A DNA stretch of 47,818 bases from Spirogloea muscicola (taxonomy: Eukaryota): NCBI GenBank assembly GCA_009602725.1, contig WELB01000028.1, forward strand, positions 234,323-282,140, in the 5' to 3' direction. Below are positions 1 to 12,824 of the stretch, in pieces. Each line of letters starts with the position of its first letter. The first letter of the stretch is position 1. Below the pieces are notes generated by a model. The model was not told where the DNA came from, did not search any database, and worked only from the letters and a program-made list of their open reading frames with translations. A program made the translations under genes and the position numbers.

Positions 1-2
1 GG

Positions 3-3000
3 CGCAGCGGCGGCAGCGGCGGCGGCGGCGGGGGTGGCGGCTACTCGCCGTTCGCAACGCCCGACCAGCTGCAGCTGGAGCTGCAGCAGCTCGCCACGAC
101 GGGCGGCGCCGTCTCCTCCTCGTCCTCCGCCAGCTACCTCGCCTCCGCCGGCCCGCCGCAGCCGTCGGCGTCTCAGCCGCCGCCGGACGTCCTGGCCCAG
201 CTGCAAAGCATGCAGGCCGTGCCGCACAAGCTGCTGCGACCGCAGCAGCAGCGCTACCAGCCGCAGCTGCAGCCGCACCCGCCGTCGTACCTCAGCGGCC
301 ACCCGTCGCCGTACGACACCGCGGCGGCTGCGGCAGCGGCGCTGCAGCAGCAGCACCAGCAGTTCCTGCACCAGCAGGCTACGGTGTACCAGCTGCCGCC
401 GGCTTCGTCGCCCCCGCGGCTGCCCCCCGTGCGCACCAGCAAGGCGCCATCGCCGCCGCTGCAGCAGCAGCTGCAGCAGCAGCGGTCTCTGCCCCAGCAG
501 CAGCTGAAGCAGTCGCCGTACACGTCGCCGTCGCAATCGCCCCCCATCTCGCCGCAGGTGCAGGCCATGCAGCGGCTTGCCATCAATGGCGGCGACCTGC
601 CGGCTGTGCCGCAGCAGTATGGCCAGGTGGCCAGCGCCAGCAACGGCGGCAGGGCTGCCGGCAGCTACAGCCCGACCTCGCAGCAGAAGCAGCAAGCGCC
701 AGGGAGGGGCGGCAGCGGCGGAGAGCCGGCGCTGAAGATACCGCCGCTGCCGGACCTGGAGGGCCTGCCTGGCGCCGCCGCAGGCGGCGGCGCCGCTGGC
801 GGGGGCACGCTGGATGGCGGAGGCCCCGTGCGGCCCATCAGCTCGCAGCTGGAGCAGCTGCTCATCAACTGCGCGGAGGCCATCGACCGCGCCGACCTCA
901 CCGCCGCGCACAGCATCATGCAGGCGCTCAACTCCATGGTGTCCCCGCACGGCACCGCCTCCCAGCGCATGGCATACTACTTCCTCGAGGGCCTCGCCGC
1001 GCGCATCGTTGGCACTGGTGCCGCAATCTATCAGGTGCCTGTACATCGCTGCAGCTGTCGCTTCCTCTGTGCTGCTACTGGTAGCGCCCCTCATCATCGA
1101 GGGCTGGCTCAGCTTCTCACACTCGAGGTGTCAGGTGGAACGTGCTACTTGCTACAGTGGCTCGTGAGCGTGTGATGTACTGACAAGTGCTGTGAATGAA
1201 ATGTCCAGCCCGCAGAACACATTCTGCTCATGCTGATTCTCTGCCCTTGCTCGCCACCTGCAGGCTCTGCAGAGCAACGCTGGCCAGGAGCCAGGGCCAG
1301 CAAGCAAGGACATGCTGCAGGCGCTGCTGGCCTTCCTGGAGGCCTGTCCGTATGCCAACTTTGGCCATGTGGCTGCCAACGGCGCGATCCTGGAGGCTTT
1401 TGAGAATGAGCCGCGAGTGCACATTGTAGACTTTGGCATCACGCATGGCACGCAATGGCCGACCCTCATTGAGGCGCTCGCCATGCGGCCGGGCGGGCCG
1501 CCTAACCTGCGCATCACAGGCATTGATGCGCCCCTTACTGGCTTAAAGCCCTCCAGCCTCCAGGTGCGCCCCTCTCGTGCATGCCCATGCACCTTTGACA
1601 CAAGTCAGTGATGTCACTGCCCGTTCCGTAATGCTTATCTGGAAGGTAAGTTAAGAAGGTAGTAAGTCACACAAGACAAAATACAAGCTGGGCGCTCTTT
1701 GACTTTGTCACCAGCCACCAGCTAACAATCCGCTCTGGATGTGCACTGGTTTTTCGCGCTCAACAGGAGACAGGCCGGCGGCTGACGAGCTTCGCAAAGC
1801 TGATGGGCGTGCCATTTGAGTTCTGCCCAATCACCGAGCACCTTGACAGTCTGCAAATGTCGCAGTTCGAGCTGCGCAAGAGCGAGGTGCTGGCCGTGAA
1901 CTGCATGCTGCGCCTGCACCAGCTGAGTCCGGGGGAGACGTCCAGCCACAGCAGCCCGCGCAACAACGTGCTGAAGCTTATCCGCGCCATGGAGCCGCGC
2001 ATTGTGACGCTCGTCGAGCAGGTGCTTGCCTGTCCTCTATCTACATTGGCAATATTAGACGGGCTTTGACGTTGCCAAGGTGCGGCTCATGTTATACTAT
2101 GATATGAGCCGCAAGCTGGTATTGTGGCTTGCTACTACTTTGATCCTAAACCTGAAGCCCAAATCACCAACCTGAAATATGATAACTGTGAGCCCTTATT
2201 CTAGTACTCCCTCACATCCTGCAGCATGCATGCAACAACATTTTGTGTTGGTGTCTTTGTCAGTCGCTGCATCAGTGGAGCTTGTCAGGGCTGCTTTTGA
2301 GGTCAGCAGAGGCGAGTGCAGAAATCTGGCGATGTGAAGTTGAGGCATGGGCTGCCTCTGAGAGCCTCTGTGTCCACAATATCAAAGACTTGGACGTGGA
2401 ATAGAGCTGGATTTAAGGCTTGCTTCCACTGAAACAGTTGCTATGGCTTTCTTCCTCTGCCACTTGTGGCACGCAGCACTCAGACGACAACCTGCCATAC
2501 TTCACCTCGAGATTCCGTGAGGCACTGCACTACTTCTCAGCGCTCTTCGACAGCCTGGACGTGTCGCTGCCATGGCACAGCACCGAGCGGGTGCTCATCG
2601 AGGAGCGCGTCCTCGGCCGCAAAATCGTTAACATTGTCGCGTGCGAGGGCGCCGAGCGCATTGAGCGCCACGAGCGTCACCAGAAGTGGCAGGTGTGTGT
2701 CCACTGAGCACCTCGAGCATCTCTGCCTGTCACTGTGCTTTGCAGTGCCTGTGTGGAGTTGCCAAGCAGTTCAAGTGACTTGCTTTGCGTCTCATGTTGA
2801 TCTGATCTACTGATAGAAGGGTTTCACTCTGAGAGCCTCTCTGTTAGCTGGACATCGGCCATCAGTCATGGGAAGCATCCCTGTTAAGCGGCAGGCTCTC
2901 AGTCTATTGACATAACCCCTGCATGTGGCAGTACCGCATGCGGCGGGCAGGCTTTGAGCTGCAGGCCTTGAGCGCAGACGTGATCGACAACATGCAATCG

Positions 3001-3159
3001 CTGCTCAAGCGTTACCGAGAGGGATATGGCCTCATGGATGACCAGAAACTCATCATGCTGACGTGGCGGGGCCAGCGCCTGCTCGCGGCGTCTACCTGGC
3101 GACCAGCGCAGCCGGCACACGTCGCGGCCATCGTGCAGGTGGCTCGCGACGGCGGCTGA
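3..3159 (+). CDS. GRAS-family transcription regulator, 5' partial. Exons ~<3-1034, 1264-1563, 1767-2021, 2477-2692, 2932-3159.
   Basis: Spliced GT-AG phase-0 exons give [12 protein letters not shown] (LHRI), [33 protein letters not shown] (VHIID), [29 protein letters not shown] and a final AASTW (SAW). The N-terminus is Q/P-rich and open to the window edge. Confidence 0.95.
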
Positions 3160-3439
3160 ATGGCCTGCTGCTAGAATGCTTTGCCTCGTTTGCTGTGTTA
3201 ATTACATGGCGGTATATATTTCCTCACATTAGATCCCCTTGACCTTACAGCTCTTCTACCTTCTTTGACAATCATACACTTTTTCTCATGCTGCCGTTAT
3301 CCCCCTTGCCTTCACTGGACAGCATTCACCAACTTAGGCAGTTTATGATACGAGAAAGTACTGCCATCAACGACCAGATGCTTGGGCGCAATACGAGCAG
3401 CTGTGAAGTCGCAAAAGGAATGGCCAGGGGCAGCGAGCC

Positions 3440-4140
3440 CAGCTTGGTCTATATGTCTTAGGTGTATCCGTCAGTGACTGCTAGGTTGTGAAAGCAATGG
3501 GGTCACCTGTAGCTTGAGGAAATCAGAGGAAGTACTAAAGCCCGGCTTGACCCATTTCAGTCCTGTCATGACTAGCTGCACATCGCCTTGGAAGGACAGC
3601 CGTGGTGCACTCTAAATGTAGGCATCACGAGGACTTACTTGTGATCTCCAACATGACTCGGCACCATGGAGGAGTTAAAGAGCCCAGTAGCTTGGTTGAA
3701 ATGCAGGAGGTAAAGCAATAAATGGCCCCCAGGCCACCGCAGCTTCTGATTCTGTACGTTGCACAAAGAGAGCCCGGAGATTGAGGAGCTCCACAGCTCG
3801 GCCCTGATACCCACTGGCTGGATCTTTGGCAGCAAGTGCCACCATGTTAGGGTTGTATGCAATGTCAAGACCTTGGCAATCTCATGCCCCGAATGGTGCC
3901 CAATTTGCAACAGAACTGTGCTTTCTGCATCAGGAGTCAGGCGCTGCTCAGCTCAGTGCAAGGGAGTCTCAAAGGCGTGCATCTCTGCAGAGCGAAGGAA
4001 CGCTGCATTAGTAGTGCCATGGAGAGGACTTGTGTGTCCTAGATTTCTGAAAGCCACAAAGTGCCAAAGTACACTGGTCTGCAAGCCTTGGATAGGCCGC
4101 GCAGAGCAGGGCTGCTTGCCGCATGGGCCCCGCCGTTAGA
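3440..4140 (+). mobile_element. Possible highly decayed CRE-like RT remnant
   Basis: Short peptides GLYVLGVSV (~3446), HRLGRT and LGLYAMSRP..GAQFA loosely match GLTILGVPFG, HHLART and LGCRSLTR..WAQVA of the element at 33-36 kb, in the same order. There are many stops. Confidence 0.3.
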
Positions 4141-4159
4141 GCGACGGCTTGGGGGTTTT

Positions 4160-5410
4160 CCAAGTTCATTCTTTTGTTCAGTTTCTCTGGGCTGGCCTCG
4201 CCCAGCCACCTGGAAGCGTCTTTCCCTTCTCCAAGTGGGGGCTGCCTTCAACCGGGCAGCCCTTGAAGTTTGGAGCTGGCCAGAACTCGGCTGGATGCTC
4301 CCAGTTTCGGGCTGCCTTTTCACAGCCCTTGCCCCCATTGGGATTGCCACTTCTTCCCAGTACGTGAGCGGGACACCAAGCAGCTCGCCTCTCTTCCGCG
4401 TCATTATCGAGCACCGTGCCCGAGCAAGCGGACAAGCTGGCTTCCTCTGGCCCCCTTCTCGTTCTTTGTTCATTCTTTTTTGGGCTGGCTTGTCCAGCCC
4501 CTATCCTCAATGGGCGAGCCCTTTCTTTCTTCGACAAGCGGCCGACCGGCGGGGGGGGCTCGGCACGTTTCAGGCGAGCGGTGCCTGTGAATGGCCAGTC
4601 TGCAAGAGCTGGCGTGTTGGACAAGGCACGGCAGGGGCAGGTGGAAGACGAGCTTCGCAGTCGTGACCGAGGGGCCAGCGGCAGCCCAGTGAGACCAAAG
4701 CGAAGGGCTGCTCTCCGGCAGGCGACAACGGCGGGGGGCAGCTGCTGGTGCGCCACCTTCCATGGGATGAAGGTGGGAAGAAAGAAAGTGCGCTACCATA
4801 AAAGGTAGGGGCTGGGAAAGGCCAGCCCAAAAAGAATGGACAAGGTCCAAAGAGCCGGAAGGCGCTTAAAAACCACACAGCTAGCAACGAGACTACCGCA
4901 GATGGAAGCTTAGTAACAACTAGCGAGCTGCAGCAAGTCGCAGTAACGGAAAGGAGAAGAAGCTCTTTTGAGAAGAAAAGAGAACAGCTCTTGCAGCAAT
5001 GGCTGTGAGAGGCCAGCCCAAAGGAACTAGCCACTCACGTAGCAATGTGGTCTCCGGCCCCTTTCTGCCATAGCTTCTTCAGGCCCCACAGTCGCTGCTT
5101 AGCTCGTATTTTGGCCCCTTCGAACCTTGTCAATTCTTTTCGGGCTGGCTTCTCACAGCCCTTGCCCCCATTGGGAGAGCCACTTCTTCTCTCGAGCCTT
5201 GTCCTTACTATGCTGGGCTGGCCCTTCACAGCCCCTACCTTCTTTGGGAGCGCACTTCCTTTCCTCGTGGGACTTGCTTAGTTGTGTGTTTCAGCTCCGG
5301 CCCCTTCGGCCTTTGTCTATTCCTTTTTGAGCTGGTTTTCACAGCCCCTCTGACGAGCTTACTTTCACAGCCATCGCCATTGGCCTCCCGTTCATTTTAC
5401 GGGCACTGCG
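4160..5410. repeat. Island of ~8-9 short retrotransposon 3'-end fragments of several families, in both orientations
   Basis: Repeated TTGTYCATTCTTTT-GGGCTGG..CAGCC..CACTT units. 5046-5186 closely matches the 3' UTR of the CRE element at 32994-33135. Confidence 0.85.
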
Positions 5411-5596
5411 CGCCTTCTCGCTGTACAAAGTGAGCTTCGTTAAACAGGAGGCGGCCAGCCCCGGGAAGCGGGAGCTCTTTTTCCAAAGGTGGATGAAAGG
5501 AGGGGAGGAGTGGAGGAGGGGAGGAGGGGGGTTTCTGGGCAACGGGGCCTGCGCACCTGGTGGGGAGGTGACGCCAGCGGCGGGTGGCGACGGGGC

Positions 5597-5615
5597 GCAC
5601 GTGTGCCACGTGGCG
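5597..5615. promoter_or_regulatory. Tandem G-box/ABRE pair (CACGTG and palindromic GCCACGTGGC) upstream of the ABCG gene
   Basis: Sequence gCACGTGtGCCACGTGGC, ~850 bp upstream of the ABCG start codon. Function is not shown. Confidence 0.4.
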
Positions 5616-6464
5616 GGTGCCGTGTGGGGCCGGGAGCGGCCCCTTCCCGGGAGGGGAAGGTTCGGCGTACACGGCGCCTTGCTGCCGTCGATGCGGCCCC
5701 ATCTGGCGGCAGACAATCGGACGCCCACGCGGCGCGCCGAGGGGGCGGCAACTTTAGCGGCCATCATGGCGGGGAGCTCCTCGACGGTCATGCTAATTGC
5801 AATCACTTACCGCGACGGACGCCCCGGCCGTCCCTCCACACTGCCCGCCTGATGGTAGGTACTTCGAGGGAAGGCGAAGCCCCGTCAAGACGGGGCGCGG
5901 TAATGGAAGTGGGTTATGGGGGGTGGTGTGTCACGGTGGCGTGGCCGAGGCGTCAGGGCAGGCATCAACTGGCACCGCCTGGCCACCGTCGCTCCACCAC
6001 TGCCCCCCGCTCTGTTCCCGCCGCCACCGCCGCGCCCGTCGCCGCCGCCGCCGGAAGCGCTGCGCCGCGGCGGCGAGGCCGGGAAGCCGAGCCTTCGCCG
6101 CCGCCTTCGCCCTCCCGCCGCTGGTCAGCTTCCCCACGCCCTGGCCCGCCCGCCTCCGCCGGCGCCCGCTCCGCCGCCTGCCTCGGGAGCGGCCTCGCGC
6201 TCGCTCGTCACTGCCGTCAGCCTCGGCTGGAAGGCCTCGCTCCCTGCCGCGAGCACGGGCGCCGTCAGTCGCCAGCCATATCGTGCCGCTTCGCCTGTCC
6301 CGCCTAGCCCCTATACGTCGTGTCATGGATGCTATGCCCTGATGGCATTCTGAGAGCCACGACCGCTCGGAAATGCCAGCTAGACCCCGGTTCCCTTGCC
6401 TCGGCCTCCACTGTTGACTGGCCAGCTCTGTTTGCCTTCCTGCTGCGCCAGATCGCAGGGCACA

Positions 6465-9400
6465 ATGAGCGGCAGCCGTCTGGACGGCCCTGCAGCCGAG
6501 GCGCTTCCCAACCATGCCGCTGAGGGCGTTGTCGGGCTGGACAGCGCCAACGATAACAACGACCAGGACTACGAGCTTGAGAGGGACAGCTCGGCCAGGG
6601 TTTCGTTCTCCCCAGGAGGCCCTGTGCAGATGCCCATCAGCCCCATGCCATCATCCCGTGAGAACCATCCTCCCTTGGATTCCTTCGGCGCCTGCTTCTT
6701 GCGGTCTTCTATTCTGTGCGGCATCCTCCTGCTCTACACCAAGCAGAGCAGTACTGATGCATTTTGTCCAATTACAAGTGCTCATCATTGGCATTTTCTT
6801 TGCCAATGTGCATTGCGCATCTTGTCTGTCTTCTCATGCCTTCTGAGATCGTGCATGTATCTTGCTATGCCATCATGCCCACACTGCTGTATGATAGCAG
6901 ATGTTGGAGGAGCGTGCAGCTCACTTGAGCACACTGTTGCACCTTTGTATGTGCAGTAGGGGAGGATGACAATGGCGACAAGGGTCTCAGAGATTATGCA
7001 AACGGTCACGCAAATGGCCACGCCAATGGTCACGCAAATGGTCATGCTGATTCGTATGCTATTACGTTGGACGACCCCAATGCTGGTTCCTTGAGCCGAC
7101 GGGACAGGCCTTTGCCTATTGCTGTCAAGGTATGCAGTCACAGCTGCATTTGAGAGGTGCAGCCGTCACTCATCTGTTTGGTTGCAGCAACTTGCACTGT
7201 TGCTAGGATGAGAGTAAGTTTCCCTAACAAGTTGCTCAGCTTGTGATGCTGCTCATTGCCGTACTATGTCTCAATGGAACAGTTTGAAGATGTCAAGTAC
7301 ACGGTGACTGTGCAAGCTCCACCAAAGTGGTGGAACATTGCAGCACAGCTGCAGAAGAGCAAAAAGGGTGGCATACAGAAGGAAATTTTGCACGGGTTGA
7401 CAGGCAGCGTCCTGCCTGGGGAGGTTCTTGCAATGATGGGGTATGAGCTTCGCTGTTGCTAGCTTCACGTGCAGATGTGTTGCACGTGGAGTCTGTATCA
7501 AGTGTAGGTGGGCTGCAGCGCCGGTGATTTTGGGGTTTGTCACAGTGGCCTGCAATTGTCAAAGACAGGTTATTGAACTTGACAAACAAATCACCACTTC
7601 AGCAGCTTCTCTGCTGCAGCGTCAATGTTTTTCATTACCTGTCCTGAGCCAGGGTGGTCATTTGTTGCGTGACAGGCCATCTGGTTCGGGCAAGACAACC
7701 TTTCTCAACGTTCTGGGTGGTCGTTTTGGAGCTGGCAAAACCTCAGGAGTGATCTCTTACAATGATGCACCTTACAGCAAGTCACTGAAAAGAAGGTGAG
7801 GTCATTTGCACTTCACAATGACTTCAGCATTGTCTTATCCATGCCTTCGGCACCTCTCTAAGTACTTGTCAAAGCTTGCCAGCTTTTCCCCGTTTGCAGT
7901 CATGGTGGGTACTCTGGCAAACAAAACGAACAGGAGAACAGCACAAGTATCTAAGCATTGCATCTCCTCAAAATGCTCCGTGCAGGCTTGGCTTTGTGAC
8001 CCAGGATGACATTCTTTTTCCACACTTGACTGTCCGGGAGACTCTTATGTATGCTGCTTTGCTCCGCCTGCCAAGGAAGTTGACCCGATCACAGAAGATC
8101 CAGCGTGCAGATGACATCATCAATGAGCTAGGACTGGAAAGGTACACCTGCCTTGTTGGCACCTGTTTCACCTGCTGTACTTTGCAAGTTGTCTGATGGT
8201 TTTGGAAGGATAGATCCTGGAGGCCTTTATGTTGTGAAATCATGTTCTGTCAATCGGTGGCGGGTAATATCAGGGACCTCACGGACTTTGTGGACTGTTC
8301 TGAGCTTGGTGACCTGCCTGTTGTGAGCAGGTGTCGCAATACCATCATTGGTGGTCAATTCATGCGTGGCATTTCCGGAGGAGAGCGTAAGCGAGTAAGC
8401 ATTGGGCATGAGATTCTCATTGACCCTTCTCTGATCTTGCTGGATGAGCCAACATCCGGATTGGACTCTACAACCGCCTTGAGGATTATGCATACTCTAC
8501 AGAACCTCGCACAGGTGAGTTGCATGCTGAGCTTATGCTCCTATTATGTCTCTCTTGAGTTGCCTGCCCTCAGCAGTACATCTGCGAAGACTCTTTTAGA
8601 TGTTGTCGCCATTCATTTTCATGATCTTAAAAAGAGACACCTCTGTGCAGCAGATTGGGGAGAGAATGGCAAAACACTTACTTACATACTTGACTATTGG
8701 CCTCTGCAGCACGGGCGCACAGTTATCACAACCATTCACCAGCCTTCAAGTCGGGTTTTTCACATGTTTGACAAGCTCATCCTACTGAGTGAAGGAAATG
8801 CCATCTACTTTGGGAAAGGCAAGCAAGCCATGAATTACTTCGCTGGCCTTGGCTTTTCGCCCATGTTTGCCACCAATCCGGCCGACTTCATTCTGGACCT
8901 AGCCACTGGTACTACGCAGGACATAACTGTGCCTGAGACTCTTATGGGAAAGATGAAAGATACGACCGTGCCCCTTGCTGACCAGCAGAAAGAAGTCCGG
9001 GAGGTATGTGCACGGTGCTTCAGCCCTGCAACGTTGTTAGTTGCTTAACTAGCTCGCTTGAAAGATGGCTTTTCAGCGGTTGACTTATTTCAAGTACGTA
9101 TTTGGCAGTGAGAATCTGGACGATTGTCTGGTCTCTGTGCAGTATCTGGCAACAGCGTTCCTTGAGAAATTGCTACCAGGGGAGAAATCACTTGTTCACA
9201 ACATGCCCATCGTCAGTGAAGGAGCTCGCAGTGCTATTCGTGAGAAGAGGGAGTGGAGCTCAACCTGGATAGAGCAGTACAGAGTGCTTGTGGAGAGAGG
9301 CTTCAAGGTACACGAGCTTTGTGCCTGCCGATGGGTTGCAATATTTGGTGCAGGACATGGAGTTGTTGGTACAGAGATTACTGTTTATGTCTGGTGATCG

Positions 9401-10963
9401 ATCCTCTTCTTGCTGACTGTTGCTGCAAATGTTTCTGCAGGAGCGCCGCCACGAGTACCTCAGTTTCCTGAGAATCTTCCAAGTCCTTGCTATATCACTG
9501 ATTTGTGGAAGTCTGTGGTACAACTCTAACCACAGTAACAGTCAAAAGCTACAGGAGCAGGTGGGCTGCCATATGTTACCTTGAGCTCATTACGTAACTA
9601 TGAGGAAGCATGGCATGTATGATCTCTTGCTGCCGCAGTGCAATTTGAAGATATTGTGGTCAGCTGACAGCCTCTTGACCCCATGTACAGGTTGGTGTGC
9701 TCTTTTTCACGTCCATCTTTTGGGGCTTCTTCCCTCTCTTCACAGCCATTTTCACCTTCCCTCAGGTACAAGCAGCAATGCTTGTATGCTCACAGCATGG
9801 TCCATGTAATAAGCAATTGCAAGTGCAGCTTGGTGGTATATCCCCCCACCCCCCCCCGGCCCCCCCTTCTCCCTCCTCCCTCCCCTTTCCCCCTCCCTCT
9901 CCCATGGTTGCATCATTCTGAATGCGGAGAATGCTTAGGCAAGTACAAGAGATATCTGACAAACAAAGGGTTGTTGTTTTCCTCTCTGTTACAGGAAAGA
10001 TCAATGCTTATGAAGGAGCGTGCTTCAGACATGTACAGACTGAGTGCATACTATGTCAGTCGGACAAGCGCTGATGTACCTATGGAGCTCATTTTACCAT
10101 TGATATTCATCTGCATCGTTTACTGGATGGCGAATCTCAAAGCAGATGCTGGCCTCTTCTTCTTGACTGTTCTTGCAGTCTTTGTCGATGTCTCTGTTGC
10201 TCAGGTAAGGCCAGAGATTATGCAAGAGCTATGTGACCAAAATGGGTGGCAACACTTTATTAATCTCTGTGTGAGGACCATACTTTCTCTTGAACCAGGA
10301 ATAATCAGCACCTCTTCACCTTCGTGATGCAGGCAATGGGTTGGTTCATAGGAGCAGCAGTCATGCAAGTAAAGCGAGCAACCACTTATGCCTCTGTCAT
10401 CCTTCTCACTTTCATGCTTGCTGGTGGATACTATCTTCAGGTACGCTGCTATTGATTGCCTTTGTGTCAAAAGTAGTATAAGCGTGCCTTGAAGAGAGTT
10501 GTTACCTTGTCACGCATGGTGATAGTCATTGCTGGGCATAGTAGGAACTGCTCAGAAAGATAGGAATTGCTCAGAAAAGAGCTGGTTGAACCGCATTTTG
10601 TTGCACATTAATAACTTTTTACTTGAAATGCAGCTGATAAAGTACTTGAAATGCAGCTGATCAAGTACTTCCTCTGTCTTTGTTGTGCAGCATATACCCC
10701 CTTGGATTGAGTGGATCAAGTATCTCAGCTTCAACTACTATGTCTATAGGTTGATGCTGAAAGTGCAGTACAACCCCTCTGACACCTACTTCTGTGGACC
10801 TACGGATAATGTCCAAAGCATGACCTGTTCACTCAGTGGCGCTCCAGCTCTTCGAAAGGTCTCACTAAACGGCGGGGGTACTGAGGCCTGGGCGCTCTGT
10901 CTCATGTGGGTGGGTTACAACCTCCTGGCATACATTGCGCTGAGGCGGATGAAGTTGAAGTAA
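6465..10963 (+). CDS. ABC transporter G family half-transporter (ABCG22/26/27-like), multi-exon
   Basis: Walker [10 protein letters not shown] split by an intron, [19 protein letters not shown], signature [32 protein letters not shown] region ([32 protein letters not shown]) and C-terminus [11 protein letters not shown]. Confidence 0.95.
6998..7048 (+). repeat. 12-bp coding tandem repeat encoding (ANGH)x4 in ABCG exon 2
   Basis: gcaaacggtcac gcaaatggccac gccaatggtcac gcaaatggtcat. Confidence 0.8.
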
Positions 10964-11634
10964 AAGCAGTCGAAGTGCTTCTGCGAGCCGTGCTCAACTG
11001 CTTGAAGTATCGGCTGCTGTGTTTCAGTACCCTTCTGGCATGTACTGCTCAAGGTGGACATACGGGAGGTCATCAGATATTTCATGTCGGTCCTCCTGGG
11101 CCGCTGGCAGCAATATGTGTCCACTATCATTGAGGGGAAGCTCGAGGTAATTCCAGCAGTGCAATATTCTTTAAGCCTTGGCGTGTGAGATGTTACGTAA
11201 TAGAGGCTGTACCAAGAGGTGGTGACCACCAAGCAGTCAACTCATGTCTGGAGAGTAAGATCTCAAGGGGTAGTGAGCTCACCCTGTTCTGGATCAGCTT
11301 CTTCAATCGGACTGATTTCCCCAAATTTGAGGAGGCATGCCATATACTCACTACAAGCTTGTAGTCACAAGCTGGAGTATGGATGACTATTCATGCTCTT
11401 TATGACCACTTTCACAAAATAGGAAGAGCTTTCAAATGTCCTTCTGGGATGTCCTGCTGGGAGTTGGTGCGCAGTGTGCAAGATTTTGTATTAAAGCCCA
11501 GAAATCTATCAGCTTCTACGGCATACATGTCATTCATTTGTGGTTGAGGTGGTGTGATGTGGGTGACATTCTGTACTCGTGGCGTTAATGTCTGATTCAA
11601 TAGTGGTTCTCAAGCAAGTGGACACCATGCGTGA

Positions 11635-12270
11635 ATCTTGTCCATTCCCTTCATGAGCTGGCCTTTCACAACCATTGTCACGCCCCGCCTGAAAAAGCTG
11701 AGTGGTCATGGATTGAGAGGGAGGGCTAAAACAGCCGAAGCACTTTCAGGCAAGAACTAGAGTGGGGTAACACAAACCCAAGCCCTATACAAAGGGGGGT
11801 CCTGGTAACAGTGTGCAAGCAGGCTGATTGGGGGACCTAATTATCCACGCGCGAGTAGACGAGCACCGCCACAGAAGCTGGTGGGCAAGGGGCGCAATCT
11901 GCTCGGGGAGATTGAGGTCAAGCGGAGCCAATGCACAGCTCTCGCAAGAACCAGAGTAAGAGTGAAGAAGAAAGACGCTTTCGGGAGAGGGCGGTGGCTG
12001 GGAGAGGTCAGCCCAGAAAAGAAGAATGAACAGAGTTCGAAGGGGCCAGGGAAAGCACTGAAGCACACAGGAGATCAAGTAGCCACGAGACACTCATATC
12101 CCATGTCAAGCAGCCGCAGGTCGGAGAAACTGGTCTCCTGGTGGCGGGTCCCCTGGCTAAGGGCCAGAACGGGACTACACGAAGCCAAGGAGAGGCAGTG
12201 TCTGGTCGCCGCGCCGTCAGCGGCCGCCAGTGGGACGGCGAGACGGAGCCGCCTGCAGGCCGCGGCGGGG
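11635..12270. repeat. Island of CRE-family 3'-end fragments; the main one is on the - strand at ~11965-12270
   Basis: Minus strand encodes QGTRHQETSFSDLRLL, like the C-terminus at 45600-45667, followed by a 3' UTR with the GGGCTG..CCAGCC hairpin. Confidence 0.75.
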
Positions 12271-12824
12271 AAGGCGCGGGGCAATTGCAGGGGGGGTTGT
12301 TGTTAGCGGCGCTAACAGCCCCCTGTAACTCCTCCTAATCTATTTCCATCAAAAAAGGAGGCTGGTAGCCAAACGGCACTCGGTGGCACCGGAAGCCACC
12401 ACCGGCGGGGGTTCACCACCGCGGAGGACGCCGGGCCGGGTTGATCGAATTGGGTTACCGCTAACCGTCTCTTCTGGCGGCCACCATCCCCCCGCCCGAT
12501 CAGCGCAGCTTCGCCCGTCCGCCCCGCGAGCCGCGCCGCATTCCGCGGCGCGCCCGCCACCTCCACCGCCGCCGCCGCCGCCGCCGCCNNNNNNNNNNNN
12601 NNNNNNNNNNNNNNNNNNNNNNNNNNNNNNNNNNNNNNNNNNNNNNNNNNNNNNNNNNNNNNNNNNNNNNNNNNNNNNNNNNNNNNNNNNNNNNNNNNNN
12701 NNNNNNNNNNNNNNNNNNNNNGCCGCCAGGCCGGCTCCCGCAGCGCTCGGCGGCGGCAGTCTTGCCTTGGCCTGCCGGCGGCTGACCTCGGGCGCCGCTC
12801 TGGCGTGGGCCCTCGCCTCGCCAG

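Noticed and set aside
5339..6515. Many overlapping 100-270 aa ORFs
   Set aside because: Low-complexity R/P/A/G translations expected from a very GC-rich promoter and 5' UTR.
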